A stretch of 64,000 nucleotides of DNA, taken from positions 320,001-384,000 of the forward strand of contig CAWFQK010000004.1 in NCBI GenBank assembly GCA_963817955.1, read 5' to 3'. The notes below the pieces were generated by a model. It had not been told where the DNA came from. It was given only the letters and a program-made list of their open reading frames with translations, and searched no databases. The DNA comes from an uncultured Gemmatimonadaceae bacterium (lineage in GTDB: Bacteria > Gemmatimonadota > Gemmatimonadetes > Gemmatimonadales > Gemmatimonadaceae). A program made the translations under genes and the position numbers. How positions within the stretch are numbered: the stretch's first letter is position 1; each line of letters opens with the position of its first letter. This document shows positions 45,173 to 57,978 of the stretch, piece after piece.

Positions 45173-46198
45173 TTGGCGCGTATCGCGTTGGATGCCATGG
45201 GGGGCGATTTCGCTCCCCATGCGACCGTTGCCGGCGCGCTGCTTGCCCTCGGCGAGCTTGATTCCGCACACGCGATTCAGCTCGTCGGCCGGACTGCAGT
45301 CATTACCGCGCAGCTCGATGCGTTGTTCAACGACCCCCAGCATGCCGCGCTGAAAACTCAGCGGGAACGCATCGCCATCGTGGAGGCGTCCGAAGTCATC
45401 GAGATGACGGACAAACCCGGCGCCGCGGTTCGTGGAAAACCCAATAGCTCCATGATCGTCGGCCTCAAGCTGCAGGCCGACGGACAATCCGATGCGTTCG
45501 TCTCCGCCGGCAACACTGGCGCGCAGATGGCCGCGTCCATGGTCGTGCTCCGGCTGCACGCTGGCGTCAAGCGGCCTGCCATTGCCACAGTCTTTCCGAC
45601 GGCGCGCAAGCCGCTCATCGTCCTTGACTCCGGGGCCAACGTGGACTGCTCGGCCGAAGAGCTCGTGCAATTTGCCCACCTCGGCGCCGTGTACGCCGAA
45701 GACCTGCTCGGCCGCCCCAATCCAGCGATTGGGCTGCTCAGCATCGGAGAGGAGCCAGAAAAGGGCAATGCCGTGGTGAAGGAAGCGCATCACCGTCTCC
45801 AGTCGGCGGGGCTGAACTTCCTCGGCAATGTCGAGGGCCGCGATCTGCCGGTCGGCGCGTGCGATCGCGGCCCGATCGATGTCGTCGTCTGCGACGGCTT
45901 CGTTGGCAATGTCGTGCTCAAGTTCTATGAATCGATCGCGCCACTGATCATCGGCCTCCTGGGCAAGGCCGGGGTCGATCAGAGCGTCATGATGGGAGCG
46001 CTCACGCAACTCGACTACTCCGAGCATGGCGGCGCGCCGCTGCTTGGTGTGAACGGCGTGAGTATTATTTCGCACGGCAAGTCGTCGCCGCGCGCCATCA
46101 AGAACGCGATCAAGGTGGCTGTTCAGGCCATTGAAACGCGCATGAACGAACACATCGGACGCCGCCTGCAGGATGGCATGGGGCAAGGAGCGGCATGA
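45173..46198 (+). CDS. plsX: Phosphate acyltransferase
   Basis: IALDAMGGD, SAGNTGA, GEEPEKG, DGFVGNVVLK. Confidence 0.96.
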   Translation: MARIALDAMGGDFAPHATVAGALLALGELDSAHAIQLVGRTAVITAQLDALFNDPQHAALKTQRERIAIVEASEVIEMTDKPGAAVRGKPNSSMIVGLKLQADGQSDAFVSAGNTGAQMAASMVVLRLHAGVKRPAIATVFPTARKPLIVLDSGANVDCSAEELVQFAHLGAVYAEDLLGRPNPAIGLLSIGEEPEKGNAVVKEAHHRLQSAGLNFLGNVEGRDLPVGACDRGPIDVVVCDGFVGNVVLKFYESIAPLIIGLLGKAGVDQSVMMGALTQLDYSEHGGAPLLGVNGVSIISHGKSSPRAIKNAIKVAVQAIETRMNEHIGRRLQDGMGQGAA

Positions 46199-47181
46199 AA
46201 CGACCGATCGTCTATTTCGCGGGAACGGGGCGCGGGATTCCCTCGACGGTGTTCAAGAATTCTGACTTCGCGTCCGTCGGTATCGACACCACCGATGAGT
46301 GGATCGTGGAGCGCACCGGGATCAAGCAACGCCATATTGCGCGCACGGAGTCGGTGACCGACCTCGCCGCCATGGCGGCACGTGCCGCGATGGAGCAAGC
46401 CGGTATTCTGGCCGGTGAGCTCGACATCATCGTGCTGGGCACTGCGTCGCCCGACCGCCTCTTGCCTTCGGCCGCCGTCGATCTGCAAGCCGCCATCGGC
46501 GCCGGCCGGGCCGCCGCGTTCGACATCGGCGCCGCATGCTCGGGGTTCATCTACAGCGCGACCGTAGCCGAGAGCATGATCGCCATGGGCGACGCCGATA
46601 CGGCGCTCGTGGTCGGCGTAGAAAAGCTCAGTGCGATCACCGATTGGACGGACCGCTCCACGTGCGTGCTGTTTGGGGATGGAGCTGGCGCTGCCGTGCT
46701 GAAGCGCTCCAAGCAGCACCGTGGAATCCTGTCCGCATTCCTGCGCAGCGACGGCACCCTCAGCAATCTGCTCTGCCGTCCGAGCGGGGGCGCCGCCAAT
46801 CCGTTCAGCGCAACCGTTCTCGCGGAGCGGTCGCAGTACATCAAGATGAACGGTCGCGAGGTCTTCAAGAACGCCGTGCGGTCGATGTCCGAGGCCGCCA
46901 CGCGCGCCCTCGATTCCGCGAAGCTCACCGGGGCGGATATCGACCTCATGATTCCGCACCAGGCGAACATTCGCATCATTGAAGCAACGGCGAAGCATGC
47001 CGGAATTCCCATGGAGAAGGTCTATCAGAACGTGGAGCGCTTCGGCAATACGTCTTCCGCCTCCATCCCAATTGCCCTCGACGAAGCGATCGAACTTGGC
47101 GTCGTGGGAGAAGGGTCGACGGTGCTTCTCGTTGCGTTTGGCGCCGGATTCACGTGGGGCTCCATGGTAGTGCGTCTGTAA
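46195..47181 (+). CDS. fabH: Beta-ketoacyl-ACP synthase III
   Basis: AACSGF, LFGDGAGA, PHQAN, GNTSSAS, FGAGFTWG. Confidence 0.96.
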   Translation: MKRPIVYFAGTGRGIPSTVFKNSDFASVGIDTTDEWIVERTGIKQRHIARTESVTDLAAMAARAAMEQAGILAGELDIIVLGTASPDRLLPSAAVDLQAAIGAGRAAAFDIGAACSGFIYSATVAESMIAMGDADTALVVGVEKLSAITDWTDRSTCVLFGDGAGAAVLKRSKQHRGILSAFLRSDGTLSNLLCRPSGGAANPFSATVLAERSQYIKMNGREVFKNAVRSMSEAATRALDSAKLTGADIDLMIPHQANIRIIEATAKHAGIPMEKVYQNVERFGNTSSASIPIALDEAIELGVVGEGSTVLLVAFGAGFTWGSMVVRL

Positions 47182-47184
47182 TCC

Positions 47185-48126
47185 ATGAACGTCGTTCTAC
47201 TGTTTCCAGGACAGGGCTCTCAGAAGCCAGGGATGGGGAAGGATCTGGCCGAGGCGTTCCCGGCGGCGAGAGCCATTTTCGCGCGCGCGGACGCGGCGTT
47301 GGGCGCCCCACTGAGCCGGTTGTGCTTTGAAGGCCCCGCCGATGAGCTCACGCTCACTCACAACGCGCAGCCGGCGCTGCTGGCGCACAGTGCCGCCGCC
47401 TGGGCGGCCACGCGGGATGTGATCGGAGCAAGTGTCGTTGCCGCTGCCGGCCATTCACTGGGTGAGTTCACGGCGTATCACGCGGCGGAATCGCTCAGCC
47501 TCGAAGACGCGCTGTGCGTTGTTCGCCGGCGCGGCGAGCTGATGTACGAGAGCGGAGTCAAGCGTCCCGGCGCCATGGCCGCAGTCCTCGGCGAGACGAA
47601 TCGGCCTATCGAGGAGATCTGCGCGGAGGCGACACACAAAGCGGGATTGGTGGTACCGGCGAATTACAACTCTCCGGGCCAGCTGGTGGTCAGCGGTGAG
47701 GAGGCGGGGGTTGAATGCGCCATGGCTCTGGCGAAAGAGGCAGGCGCCAAGCGCGCCATTCGACTCAACGTGAGCGGAGCCTTTCACTCGCCGCTCATGG
47801 AAACCGCTGCGGATGGACTGGCGGAAGCACTCGGTGAGGCATCATTTGCAGATCCTCACTTCGCCGTATACGCGAACGTGAACGGCGAGGCCGTGCTCCA
47901 CGCGTCACGCGGCAAACAGCTTCTGCTCGAGCAGCTCTCGAAACCGGTGCGCTGGATCGACGAAATCCAGGCCATCGCCGAACGGTATCCGGACGCTTTG
48001 TACGTGGAGATGGGTCCGGGCAATGTGCTCGCCGGATTGGTCAAGAAAATTGCGCCGTCGGTGAAGACGGCCACTTGCGGCACCGCCGCTGAGGTCCAAC
48101 AGCTCCGCGAAATGGTGGCCGAATGA
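47185..48126 (+). CDS. fabD: Malonyl-CoA:ACP transacylase
   Basis: FPGQGSQ, GHSLGE, SGAFHS. Confidence 0.96.
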   Translation: MNVVLLFPGQGSQKPGMGKDLAEAFPAARAIFARADAALGAPLSRLCFEGPADELTLTHNAQPALLAHSAAAWAATRDVIGASVVAAAGHSLGEFTAYHAAESLSLEDALCVVRRRGELMYESGVKRPGAMAAVLGETNRPIEEICAEATHKAGLVVPANYNSPGQLVVSGEEAGVECAMALAKEAGAKRAIRLNVSGAFHSPLMETAADGLAEALGEASFADPHFAVYANVNGEAVLHASRGKQLLLEQLSKPVRWIDEIQAIAERYPDALYVEMGPGNVLAGLVKKIAPSVKTATCGTAAEVQQLREMVAE

Positions 48127-48860
48127 AGATCGATCTGTCGGGCCGTACCGCCCTCGTGACCGGCAGTACGCGCGGCATTGGCCGCGCCATCGCCGAGACG
48201 CTGGCCAGCGCCGGAGCGCGCGTGGCCGTGGTGGGACGCGACCAGGCGCGCGCACAGGAAGTTGCCGCAGCAATTTCGCCGGACGCGCGCGGCTTCGCCT
48301 GCGACGTCGGCGACGTTGCGTCCGTTACCGCGCTCGTGGAGGGGGTTGAGCAGGAGTTCGGATCTATCGACATCCTGGTCAACAACGCCGGCCTCACTCG
48401 CGACAATATCCTGTTCCGTCTCAAAGACGAGGACTGGGATACCGTGATCGACGCCAATCTGCGCGGCGCATTCGTTGCCATGCGCGCCGCGTCGCGCGGC
48501 ATGATGAAGCGCCGCTGGGGCCGCATCATCAACATTGCCAGCGTCGTGGGGATCGTCGGCAACAAGGGGCAATCGAACTACGCCGCGAGCAAAGCGGGGC
48601 TCATCGGCCTCACGAAGTCCGTGGCCAAGGAATTGGGGTCGCGCAACATCCTGGCGAACGTCGTCGCACCCGGTTTCATCGAAACGGACATGACCTCGGC
48701 GATGACTGATGACGCGAAGAAGACCTTATTCACACAGATCCCGCTGGGGCGCTTGGGTGCGCCCCAAGACATCGCGGGAGTCGTGGCATTTCTCGCCTCC
48801 GATGCCGCATCGTACATCACTGGGCAGGTGTTCGTCGTCGACGGCGGAATGGTCATGTAG
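48123..48860 (+). CDS. fabG: 3-oxoacyl-ACP reductase
   Basis: TGSTRGIG, NNAG, NYAASK, PGFIETDMT. Confidence 0.96.
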   Translation: MKIDLSGRTALVTGSTRGIGRAIAETLASAGARVAVVGRDQARAQEVAAAISPDARGFACDVGDVASVTALVEGVEQEFGSIDILVNNAGLTRDNILFRLKDEDWDTVIDANLRGAFVAMRAASRGMMKRRWGRIINIASVVGIVGNKGQSNYAASKAGLIGLTKSVAKELGSRNILANVVAPGFIETDMTSAMTDDAKKTLFTQIPLGRLGAPQDIAGVVAFLASDAASYITGQVFVVDGGMVM

Positions 48861-48955
48861 CGACGGATGTAAAGGGCCGACGCCCATCGCCAACCGCCAA
48901 GGGGTCCAGCTAGATTACTCGCACCAAATCACTCACAGCAAAGAGGAACCGTTCC

Positions 48956-49201
48956 ATGGCCGACAACGCTCAGAAGGTCCGCGACATCATCGAGAAGGAG
49001 CTCGGTGTTGAGCGCGAGAAGCTCACCGACGAGGCCAGCTTCATCGAAGACCTCGGCGCCGACAGTCTCGACATCGTCGAGCTGGTCATGGAGTTCGAGA
49101 AGGAGTTCAACATCGACATCCCCGACGAAGATGCCGAGAAGCTCCGCACGGTTGGTGACGCGATCGGCTACCTGAACACGAAGATCGGGAGCAACGCGTA
49201 A
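48956..49201 (+). CDS. acpP: Acyl carrier protein
   Basis: [12 protein letters not shown]. Confidence 0.97.
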   Translation: MADNAQKVRDIIEKELGVEREKLTDEASFIEDLGADSLDIVELVMEFEKEFNIDIPDEDAEKLRTVGDAIGYLNTKIGSNA

Positions 49202-50445
49202 TGAAGCGTAGGGTCGTCGTCACTGGTTTGGGGGCGATTACGCCAGTCGGAAACGATGCGGCGGCGACCTGGCATGCGCTCGTCGCGGGAACATCGGGCG
49301 CAGGGCTGATCACCAGGTTCGATGCATCGAAGTTCCCCGTCCGCTTCGCGTGCGAGGTCAAGGGATTCGACCCGCTCAAGACGATGGAGCGAAAGGAGGC
49401 CAAGCGCGCCGACATGTACACACAGTACGCCGTGTCGGCCGCCGTCGAAGCAATGATCGATGCCAGGCTCACACCGGACGCGTACGAATCGGATCGCACC
49501 GGCGTCATCATTGGGAGCGGCATCGGCGGTCTGAAGACGTTCGAGGAGCAGCACGATATTTACCGGGCACGCGGTGCGGGCAAAATCAGCCCGTTCTTCA
49601 TCCCGATGTTCATCTCCGACATCGCAGCCGGTGTCGTATCGATGCGCTTCAACGCGCGCGGCCCGAACTACGCCACCGTGTCGGCCTGCGCGACGAGTTC
49701 CCACGCGATTGGCAATGCGTACCGCACCATTCAATACGGTGACGCCGACATCATGATCACCGGCGGCGCAGAGGCCACGGTGACGCCCATGGCGATCGGT
49801 GGCTTCGCGAACATGACAGCCCTCTCCGAACGGAACGATAGTCCCGAGACGGCGTCGCGTCCCTTCGACGCTACCCGCGACGGCTTTGTGTTGGGCGAGG
49901 GCGCAGGCATCGTCATTCTCGAGGAGCTCGAGCACGCGCTCGCGCGCGGCGCAACGATCTACGCCGAGGTGGCAGGCTATCGCGCGACCGGAGATGCGTA
50001 CCACCTCACGGGGCAGCCGCCGGAGCATGAAGGATTGCAGCGCGCTATGCGCGGGGCGCTCGCCGACGCCGGCCTCACTCCAGCCGACGTGGATTACGTG
50101 AACGCGCACGGCACGTCGACGCCGCTCAACGACTCGAATGAAGGCCGCGCCATAGCTCACGTGTTCGGCGAGGCAGCGGGGAAGGTCAGCATCTCTTCCA
50201 CCAAGTCGATGACAGGCCACATGCTTGGCGCCGCCGGCGCGGTGGAGTTCATCGCATCGATACTGGCCATCCGCGATAGCGTGATCCCACCAACGATCAA
50301 CTACAGCACACCTGATCCCGAGTGCGGTCCGCTGGATTTCACGCCGAATGTGGCCACACACCGCGACGTCCATGTCGCGCTGAGCAACAGCGCCGGCTTC
50401 GGCGGACACAACGTCACGCTCGCCGTCAAGCGTTTCCCCGGCTAA
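49201..50445 (+). CDS. fabF: Beta-ketoacyl-ACP synthase II
   Basis: SACAT, NAHGTST, KSMTGHMLGAAG, GFGGHN. Confidence 0.96.
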   Translation: MKRRVVVTGLGAITPVGNDAAATWHALVAGTSGAGLITRFDASKFPVRFACEVKGFDPLKTMERKEAKRADMYTQYAVSAAVEAMIDARLTPDAYESDRTGVIIGSGIGGLKTFEEQHDIYRARGAGKISPFFIPMFISDIAAGVVSMRFNARGPNYATVSACATSSHAIGNAYRTIQYGDADIMITGGAEATVTPMAIGGFANMTALSERNDSPETASRPFDATRDGFVLGEGAGIVILEELEHALARGATIYAEVAGYRATGDAYHLTGQPPEHEGLQRAMRGALADAGLTPADVDYVNAHGTSTPLNDSNEGRAIAHVFGEAAGKVSISSTKSMTGHMLGAAGAVEFIASILAIRDSVIPPTINYSTPDPECGPLDFTPNVATHRDVHVALSNSAGFGGHNVTLAVKRFPG

Positions 50446-50449
50446 CGCG

Positions 50450-50959
50450 GTGAGCGCGAGCAGCCCTCCGTCCCGCGCTGCTCGCGTCGGCATCGGCTAC
50501 GACTCGCATCGTTTTGAGCCGCCCGGGCCTCTCATCCTGGGCGGCGTTCCCATTCCCAGCGACGTCCACCTCGCCGGCCATTCCGATGGTGATGCCGTGG
50601 CGCATGCGCTTACCGACGCAGTGCTCGGCGCACTTGGTGCGGGCGATATCGGCGAGATGTTCTCCGATCGCGATCCCGCGAACAAGGGCAAGGACTCGAT
50701 CGAGATGTTGCGGGCCGCCGTCGCCCGCGTGCAGCAGATGGGGTGGCGCGTACAGCAGGTCGACGTCACGATCGTCGCCGAGCGGCCGCGTGTGTCGTCG
50801 CATCGAGATCTCATGCGGGCGCGCCTTGCGCCGGCCCTCGGGATCGACGCCGCGGACGTCAACGTCAAGGGCAAGACCAACGAGGGCATGGGGTGGGTCG
50901 GCCGCGGCGAAGGCATCGCCTGCATCGCGGTGGCGACCGTTATTCCCGCTCAGACGTAG
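50450..50959 (+). CDS. ispF: 2-C-methyl-D-erythritol 2,4-cyclodiphosphate synthase
   Basis: GIGYDSH, GHSDGD, GDIG, KTNEGMG. Confidence 0.95.
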   Translation: MSASSPPSRAARVGIGYDSHRFEPPGPLILGGVPIPSDVHLAGHSDGDAVAHALTDAVLGALGAGDIGEMFSDRDPANKGKDSIEMLRAAVARVQQMGWRVQQVDVTIVAERPRVSSHRDLMRARLAPALGIDAADVNVKGKTNEGMGWVGRGEGIACIAVATVIPAQT

Positions 50960-50966
50960 CGGTGAC

Positions 50967-51875
50967 ATGCCGGACGACGAGTCCATTCGTCGCTTTCAGC
51001 TCGACCGCTTTGGCGACTACCTGACGCTCGAGCTGGGCACCTCGCCGCGGACACTCGAGGCCTATGGCCGCGATGTCGCGCGCCTAGTGGAGTACGCAAC
51101 GGCAAAGGGCGCCATCACATATGGCGACATCACCAGCCGCATGCTCCGCGAGTTCGTGTATCACCTGAAGGACGTCGGTCTCGCCCCGTCGTCGATCCGG
51201 CGGAACATCTCGGCGGTGCGTACCTATTATCGTTTCCTCCTCGCCGACGGCGCGGTGACGCGCGATCCAAGCGAACGGCTCGAAACGCCCAAACGCTGGC
51301 GCACGCTACCCGACGTGCTCACCGTCGACGAGGTCTCGCGGCTGATCGCCGCGCCGACACTCGACGACCCGCTCGCGTTTCGCGATCGCGCGATGCTCGA
51401 GCTGGCGTACGGCGCCGGGCTGCGCGTGTCGGAGTGGATCACACTCGGTGTACGCGACGTGCTGATGAACGAGAAACTCGTGCGGGTCTTTGGCAAAGGG
51501 AGCAAGGAGCGCCTCGTGCCGATCGGCCGATCGGCGATCGGCGCGGTCGCCACCTACATCCGCGAGCAGCGGCCGCGACTCGAAAAGGGCAGCGGGAAGG
51601 GCATCCTGTTTCTCAATGCCCGGGGTGAGCCGCTCTCACGCATGGGTGCCTGGAAGATTCTGCGACGCTATGTCGAGCGCGCCGGCATCGAAAAGGCAGT
51701 TTCCCCGCACACCTTGCGGCATTCCTTCGCAACACACCTGCTGGAAGGTGGGGCCGATCTGCGTGCCGTGCAGGAAATGCTTGGCCACGCCGATATCTCG
51801 ACCACGCAGATCTACACGCATGTCGACCGGGAGTACCTGCGCCAGGTCCACAGGCAGTTCCACCCGCGGGGCTGA
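50967..51875 (+). CDS. xerD: Site-specific tyrosine recombinase XerD
   Basis: LPDVL, GLRVSE, GKGSKERLVP, SPHTLRHSFATHLL, LGHADISTTQIYTH. Confidence 0.93.
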   Translation: MPDDESIRRFQLDRFGDYLTLELGTSPRTLEAYGRDVARLVEYATAKGAITYGDITSRMLREFVYHLKDVGLAPSSIRRNISAVRTYYRFLLADGAVTRDPSERLETPKRWRTLPDVLTVDEVSRLIAAPTLDDPLAFRDRAMLELAYGAGLRVSEWITLGVRDVLMNEKLVRVFGKGSKERLVPIGRSAIGAVATYIREQRPRLEKGSGKGILFLNARGEPLSRMGAWKILRRYVERAGIEKAVSPHTLRHSFATHLLEGGADLRAVQEMLGHADISTTQIYTHVDREYLRQVHRQFHPRG

Positions 51876-51976
51876 ACGCCGAGCGAGGTCGCCCGGCTCC
51901 TGAGATCGCGCAGGCAACGCATGCAATCGCTATTCTTCATGTATCCGTACTGCCCAACGATTCGCCGCGGCCTCGC

Positions 51977-52552
51977 ATGATTCTGGTCATCGACAACTAC
52001 GATTCCTTCACGTACAACCTCGTCCAGTATCTCGGCGAGTTGGGTGCCGACGTCGTCGTACGGCGCAACGACGCCGTGGGGGTGGAGGAGATCGGGCTCC
52101 TCACGCCGTCAGCGATCGTCCTTTCGCCAGGGCCGCGGACGCCCAGTGAGGCGGGTGTGACCGTGGAGGCCGTCCGCCGCTGGGGGAGCACCATCCCCAT
52201 CCTCGGCGTGTGTCTCGGTCACCAGGCGATCGGAGAGGCGTACGGCGGTACCGTCGTCCGGGCTGCCCGGGTCATGCACGGCAAGACCTCGCACATCATG
52301 CACGATGCGAGCGGCATCTTCGCCGGCCTCCCGTCCCCAATGGAGGTCATGCGGTATCACTCGCTAATCGTCGACCGCGACAGCATTCCGGACTCACTGG
52401 AAGTCGTGGCCACGGCCCAGGACGACCCGACTGAGGTGCATGCGGTCCGGCACCGCGAGTATCCGGTCCATGGCGTCCAATTCCATCCCGAATCGGTGAT
52501 GACGCCGCAGGGTAAGCAGCTCCTCAGGAATTTCCTGGAGCTTGCGCGGTGA
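51977..52552 (+). CDS. Anthranilate/aminodeoxychorismate synthase component II (TrpG/PabA)
   Basis: IDNYDSFTYNL, SPGP, GVCLGHQ, RYHSL, QFHPES. Confidence 0.93.
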   Translation: MILVIDNYDSFTYNLVQYLGELGADVVVRRNDAVGVEEIGLLTPSAIVLSPGPRTPSEAGVTVEAVRRWGSTIPILGVCLGHQAIGEAYGGTVVRAARVMHGKTSHIMHDASGIFAGLPSPMEVMRYHSLIVDRDSIPDSLEVVATAQDDPTEVHAVRHREYPVHGVQFHPESVMTPQGKQLLRNFLELAR

Positions 52553-54063
52553 TTCGCCGCCTCGCGCTCTGCGCCTTGCTCGCCGCGAGCAGGGCGAGAG
52601 CGGGGGTCGCCCAGGCGGTTGTCGAATTCCGTGAACGCGGCTCCGGTGTCGGCCCCGAGTTGCTGGCTCGTGCGCTTGCCGGACCGCACGTCACGGTCGA
52701 ACCTTCCGCGCTCCGCTACTTGCTTCCGCGCGACAGCGCGTTTCACTCTACCGTCGTCATTCTCGGACGGAACGCGTACATCGATGGCGCAGTGCATGGC
52801 GACGTTATCGTCGTCGCTGGTGATCTGTACATGCATCCAGGCGCACACATCGATGGTAGAGCGATTGCTATTGGCGGCGGGGTCTACGAGTCCGCTCTCG
52901 CCCAGGCCGTGGCTGGCACCACGGCATTTCGCGATTTCACATACGACGTCGCGCCCATTCCCGGCGGATGGACGCTCATCTACCGGCCTGTCGTCGAGCG
53001 CGCCGAGCACGCGCTCAAGTGGCCGGGGATTTTCGGTTTGCGCCTCCCGTCGTACGACCGAACCAACGGATTGTCGCTTCCATTCGCGCCGCTGGTCTCG
53101 GGACCCGGTACGTCGATCCAAATCGAGCCGCGCATCACGTACCGCTCGCAGTTTGGTGCGTTCGATCCATCGATCTCCGCGACGATGAAGGCCAACCACC
53201 TCTCGACTTTCCAATTCGATGCTGGGCGCGAAACATTGACGAACGATGCCTGGATCTGGTCGGACGTGGTGAACAGCGCCGAGGTGTTCGTCTTCGGCGA
53301 AGACACGCGCAACTACTACCGCGCTGACCGGGCGCAGCTCGAGTTGGCGAGCCATTGGGAATCGGCGATGGGTACGCTCGCTCCGTACGTGGGTCTCCGC
53401 GTGGAACAGGCGACGACGGCCAGGCCAGGTGCCGGTGCGACCGGCGGCCCGTGGGCGTTCGGCGGCCGACACTCCCTCACCGACATGCTGCGTCCCAACC
53501 CGGCAATCGATCCGGGACAGATTCGCTCTGCATTCACTGGTGCCCGGTTTCACTGGTCAGATCAGGGAGTCGTCACGACCGGGACGGTCGATGAAGAGTT
53601 GGGCGGTTTGCGTTCGGTCTGTGACGGAGGGACGTGCTGGACCCGTTTCGCGCAAACCACTCTCGACGGATCGATCGCGTTTCCCACCTTTCTCACGCAA
53701 TCGCTGACCCTCAATGCCCACGCGGTGCTCAGTAGCCATGGCCAAATCCCACGGCAGCGCTTTGCATACCTCGGTGGCCCGGGAACCATTCCGACGCTCG
53801 GTATGCTGGACCGGGGGGGGGACTATCTCCTCTATTTCGACGGCCGCTATAACATTCCGATCGACCGTTTGACGCTACCCTTCATCGGTGCCCCCGTGCT
53901 CATGCTGCGCGAGGTACTCGGGGGCGCAACGACCGGCAAGATTCCTACGCTGGCCCAAGCGGCCGGCGCTCGCATGACCTTGGGCGTTGTATACGTTGAG
54001 GCACTCGCCGATCCGGCAGTGCGCCGCGTACACATCGGTCTGGGACTCACCCTAGCACGCTGA
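52549..54063 (+). CDS. Exported hypothetical protein; beta-helix-like N-terminus and probable beta-barrel C-terminus
   Basis: Signal peptide MIRRLALCALLAA; GAVHGDVIVVAGDL..IDGRAIAIGG repeats; amphipathic strands; start overlaps upstream stop. Confidence 0.65.
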   Translation: MIRRLALCALLAASRARAGVAQAVVEFRERGSGVGPELLARALAGPHVTVEPSALRYLLPRDSAFHSTVVILGRNAYIDGAVHGDVIVVAGDLYMHPGAHIDGRAIAIGGGVYESALAQAVAGTTAFRDFTYDVAPIPGGWTLIYRPVVERAEHALKWPGIFGLRLPSYDRTNGLSLPFAPLVSGPGTSIQIEPRITYRSQFGAFDPSISATMKANHLSTFQFDAGRETLTNDAWIWSDVVNSAEVFVFGEDTRNYYRADRAQLELASHWESAMGTLAPYVGLRVEQATTARPGAGATGGPWAFGGRHSLTDMLRPNPAIDPGQIRSAFTGARFHWSDQGVVTTGTVDEELGGLRSVCDGGTCWTRFAQTTLDGSIAFPTFLTQSLTLNAHAVLSSHGQIPRQRFAYLGGPGTIPTLGMLDRGGDYLLYFDGRYNIPIDRLTLPFIGAPVLMLREVLGGATTGKIPTLAQAAGARMTLGVVYVEALADPAVRRVHIGLGLTLAR

Positions 54064-54077
54064 GCCATCCAATGCCT

Positions 54078-54106
54078 TTGCGCCCGATTTGTCCCACGGC
54101 TACATT
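54078..54106 (+). promoter_or_regulatory. Candidate sigma70 promoter for the kds/lpt operon
   Basis: TTGCGC-17-TACATT. Confidence 0.45.
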
Positions 54107-54157
54107 TGAGAACGTGATTTTTGCGGCCGTGAGCGCGACCCTGCCTGAGCGCCACGT

Positions 54158-56583
<2,426 letters not shown>

Positions 56584-56584
56584 C

Positions 56585-57409
56585 GTGGCATCGCTCTTTC
56601 ATCGTGATGCGATCTTCTTGATCGCCGGACCGTGTGTACTCGAGGACGACGCGCTCAATCTGCGCGTTGCAGACCATCTCGCCCGCCTCGCCGAGTCGGT
56701 GCCGGGCGGGATCATCTTCAAGGCAAGCTTCGACAAGGCCAATCGCTCGAACGCCGGGGCGCATCGCGGGCCCGGACTCGATGAAGGTCTCGCCGCGCTT
56801 GCGCGCGTGCGGGCGCAGACCGGATTGGCCATCCTGACCGACGTGCATCTCCCCGAACAGTGCGCGGCGGCGGCAGAAGTCGTGGACGTCCTCCAGATTC
56901 CCGCCTTTCTCTGCCGTCAGACGGACCTGCTCGTCGCCGCTGGTGCAACGGGCAAAGCAGTGAACGTGAAGAAAGGCCAATGGATGCACCCCGACGGCAT
57001 GACGGGCGCCGTCGACAAAGTACGCTCCGCACGCCCATGGCCAATCGAGGATCACTCATCACTCGAAGCGGTCACCGAACGCGGCACCTTTTTTGGCTAC
57101 GGCGATCTGGTGGTAGACATGCGTTGCTTCACGCGCATGCGGCAGGCATGCGATACACCAGTGATCTTCGACGCGACCCACAGCGTGCAACGGCCAGGGC
57201 AGGGCGCCGGCGGCGCGAGCGGCGGCGCACGCGAATTCATACCGTCTCTCACGCTTGCTGCCTGCGCGGCCGGGGCCGACGGTTTGTTCCTCGAGACGCA
57301 CCCCGATCCCGATCACGCGCCGAGCGACGGCCCGAACATGATTCCACTCGATCGCCTCGATGATCTGATCGAGCGCGCGGTGGACATCTGGGACCGCGTG
57401 TCGCGGTGA
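56585..57409 (+). CDS. kdsA: Kdo-8-phosphate synthase
   Basis: IAGPCVLE, KASFDKANRS, PAFLCRQTDL, DATHSVQ. Confidence 0.96.
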   Translation: MASLFHRDAIFLIAGPCVLEDDALNLRVADHLARLAESVPGGIIFKASFDKANRSNAGAHRGPGLDEGLAALARVRAQTGLAILTDVHLPEQCAAAAEVVDVLQIPAFLCRQTDLLVAAGATGKAVNVKKGQWMHPDGMTGAVDKVRSARPWPIEDHSSLEAVTERGTFFGYGDLVVDMRCFTRMRQACDTPVIFDATHSVQRPGQGAGGASGGAREFIPSLTLAACAAGADGLFLETHPDPDHAPSDGPNMIPLDRLDDLIERAVDIWDRVSR

Positions 57410-57978
57410 TCGATACGAAGCTGGCGGGCTCCATCAAGCTGGTTGCCTTCGATGTGGACGGCGTCATGACCGACGGCGGCATCTACCTTGGCGACGTGGA
57501 CGGCGCGCGCATCGAATTCAAACGATATGAGATTCAAGATGGTCTGGGAATCGCCATGCTCCGCCTCGTGGACATTCCGGTTGCGATCGTGACCGGGCGC
57601 GTGTCGGAAAGCGTACGGCTGCGCGCCCTGGAACTGGGAATCCACCCGGACGACGTGGCGCAGGATCCTGACGGCCACAAGCTGGCGGGTTTCATGCGCA
57701 TTCTCGAACGCCGTGGAATCACGCTCCAGGAGACCGCCTTCGTCGGCGACGATTTCCCCGACGTGGCGCTGCTGCGGATCGTCGGATTGCCCGTGGCGGT
57801 TGGCAACGCCGTGCCTGAAGTTCGTGCAATCTGTCGCCATCAGCTGACACGCACCGGCGGGCGCGGCGCGGTTCGTGAATTCGCCGAAGATCTTCTCACG
57901 GCGCGCGACGAGTGGGACACCGCGTGGAACCGATACGTGGATGCGCGCTCCCACCCCAGAACCGCGCCGGCGGCATGA
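57406..57978 (+). CDS. kdsC: Kdo-8-phosphate phosphatase
   Basis: FDVDGVMTDG, GDDFPD, GGRGAVRE. Confidence 0.93.
   Translation: MIDTKLAGSIKLVAFDVDGVMTDGGIYLGDVDGARIEFKRYEIQDGLGIAMLRLVDIPVAIVTGRVSESVRLRALELGIHPDDVAQDPDGHKLAGFMRILERRGITLQETAFVGDDFPDVALLRIVGLPVAVGNAVPEVRAICRHQLTRTGGRGAVREFAEDLLTARDEWDTAWNRYVDARSHPRTAPAA

Noticed and set aside
50967..51875. Tyrosine recombinase as a phage or island integrase
   Set aside because: XerD-type sequence in housekeeping context; no att repeats, tRNA or cargo genes seen
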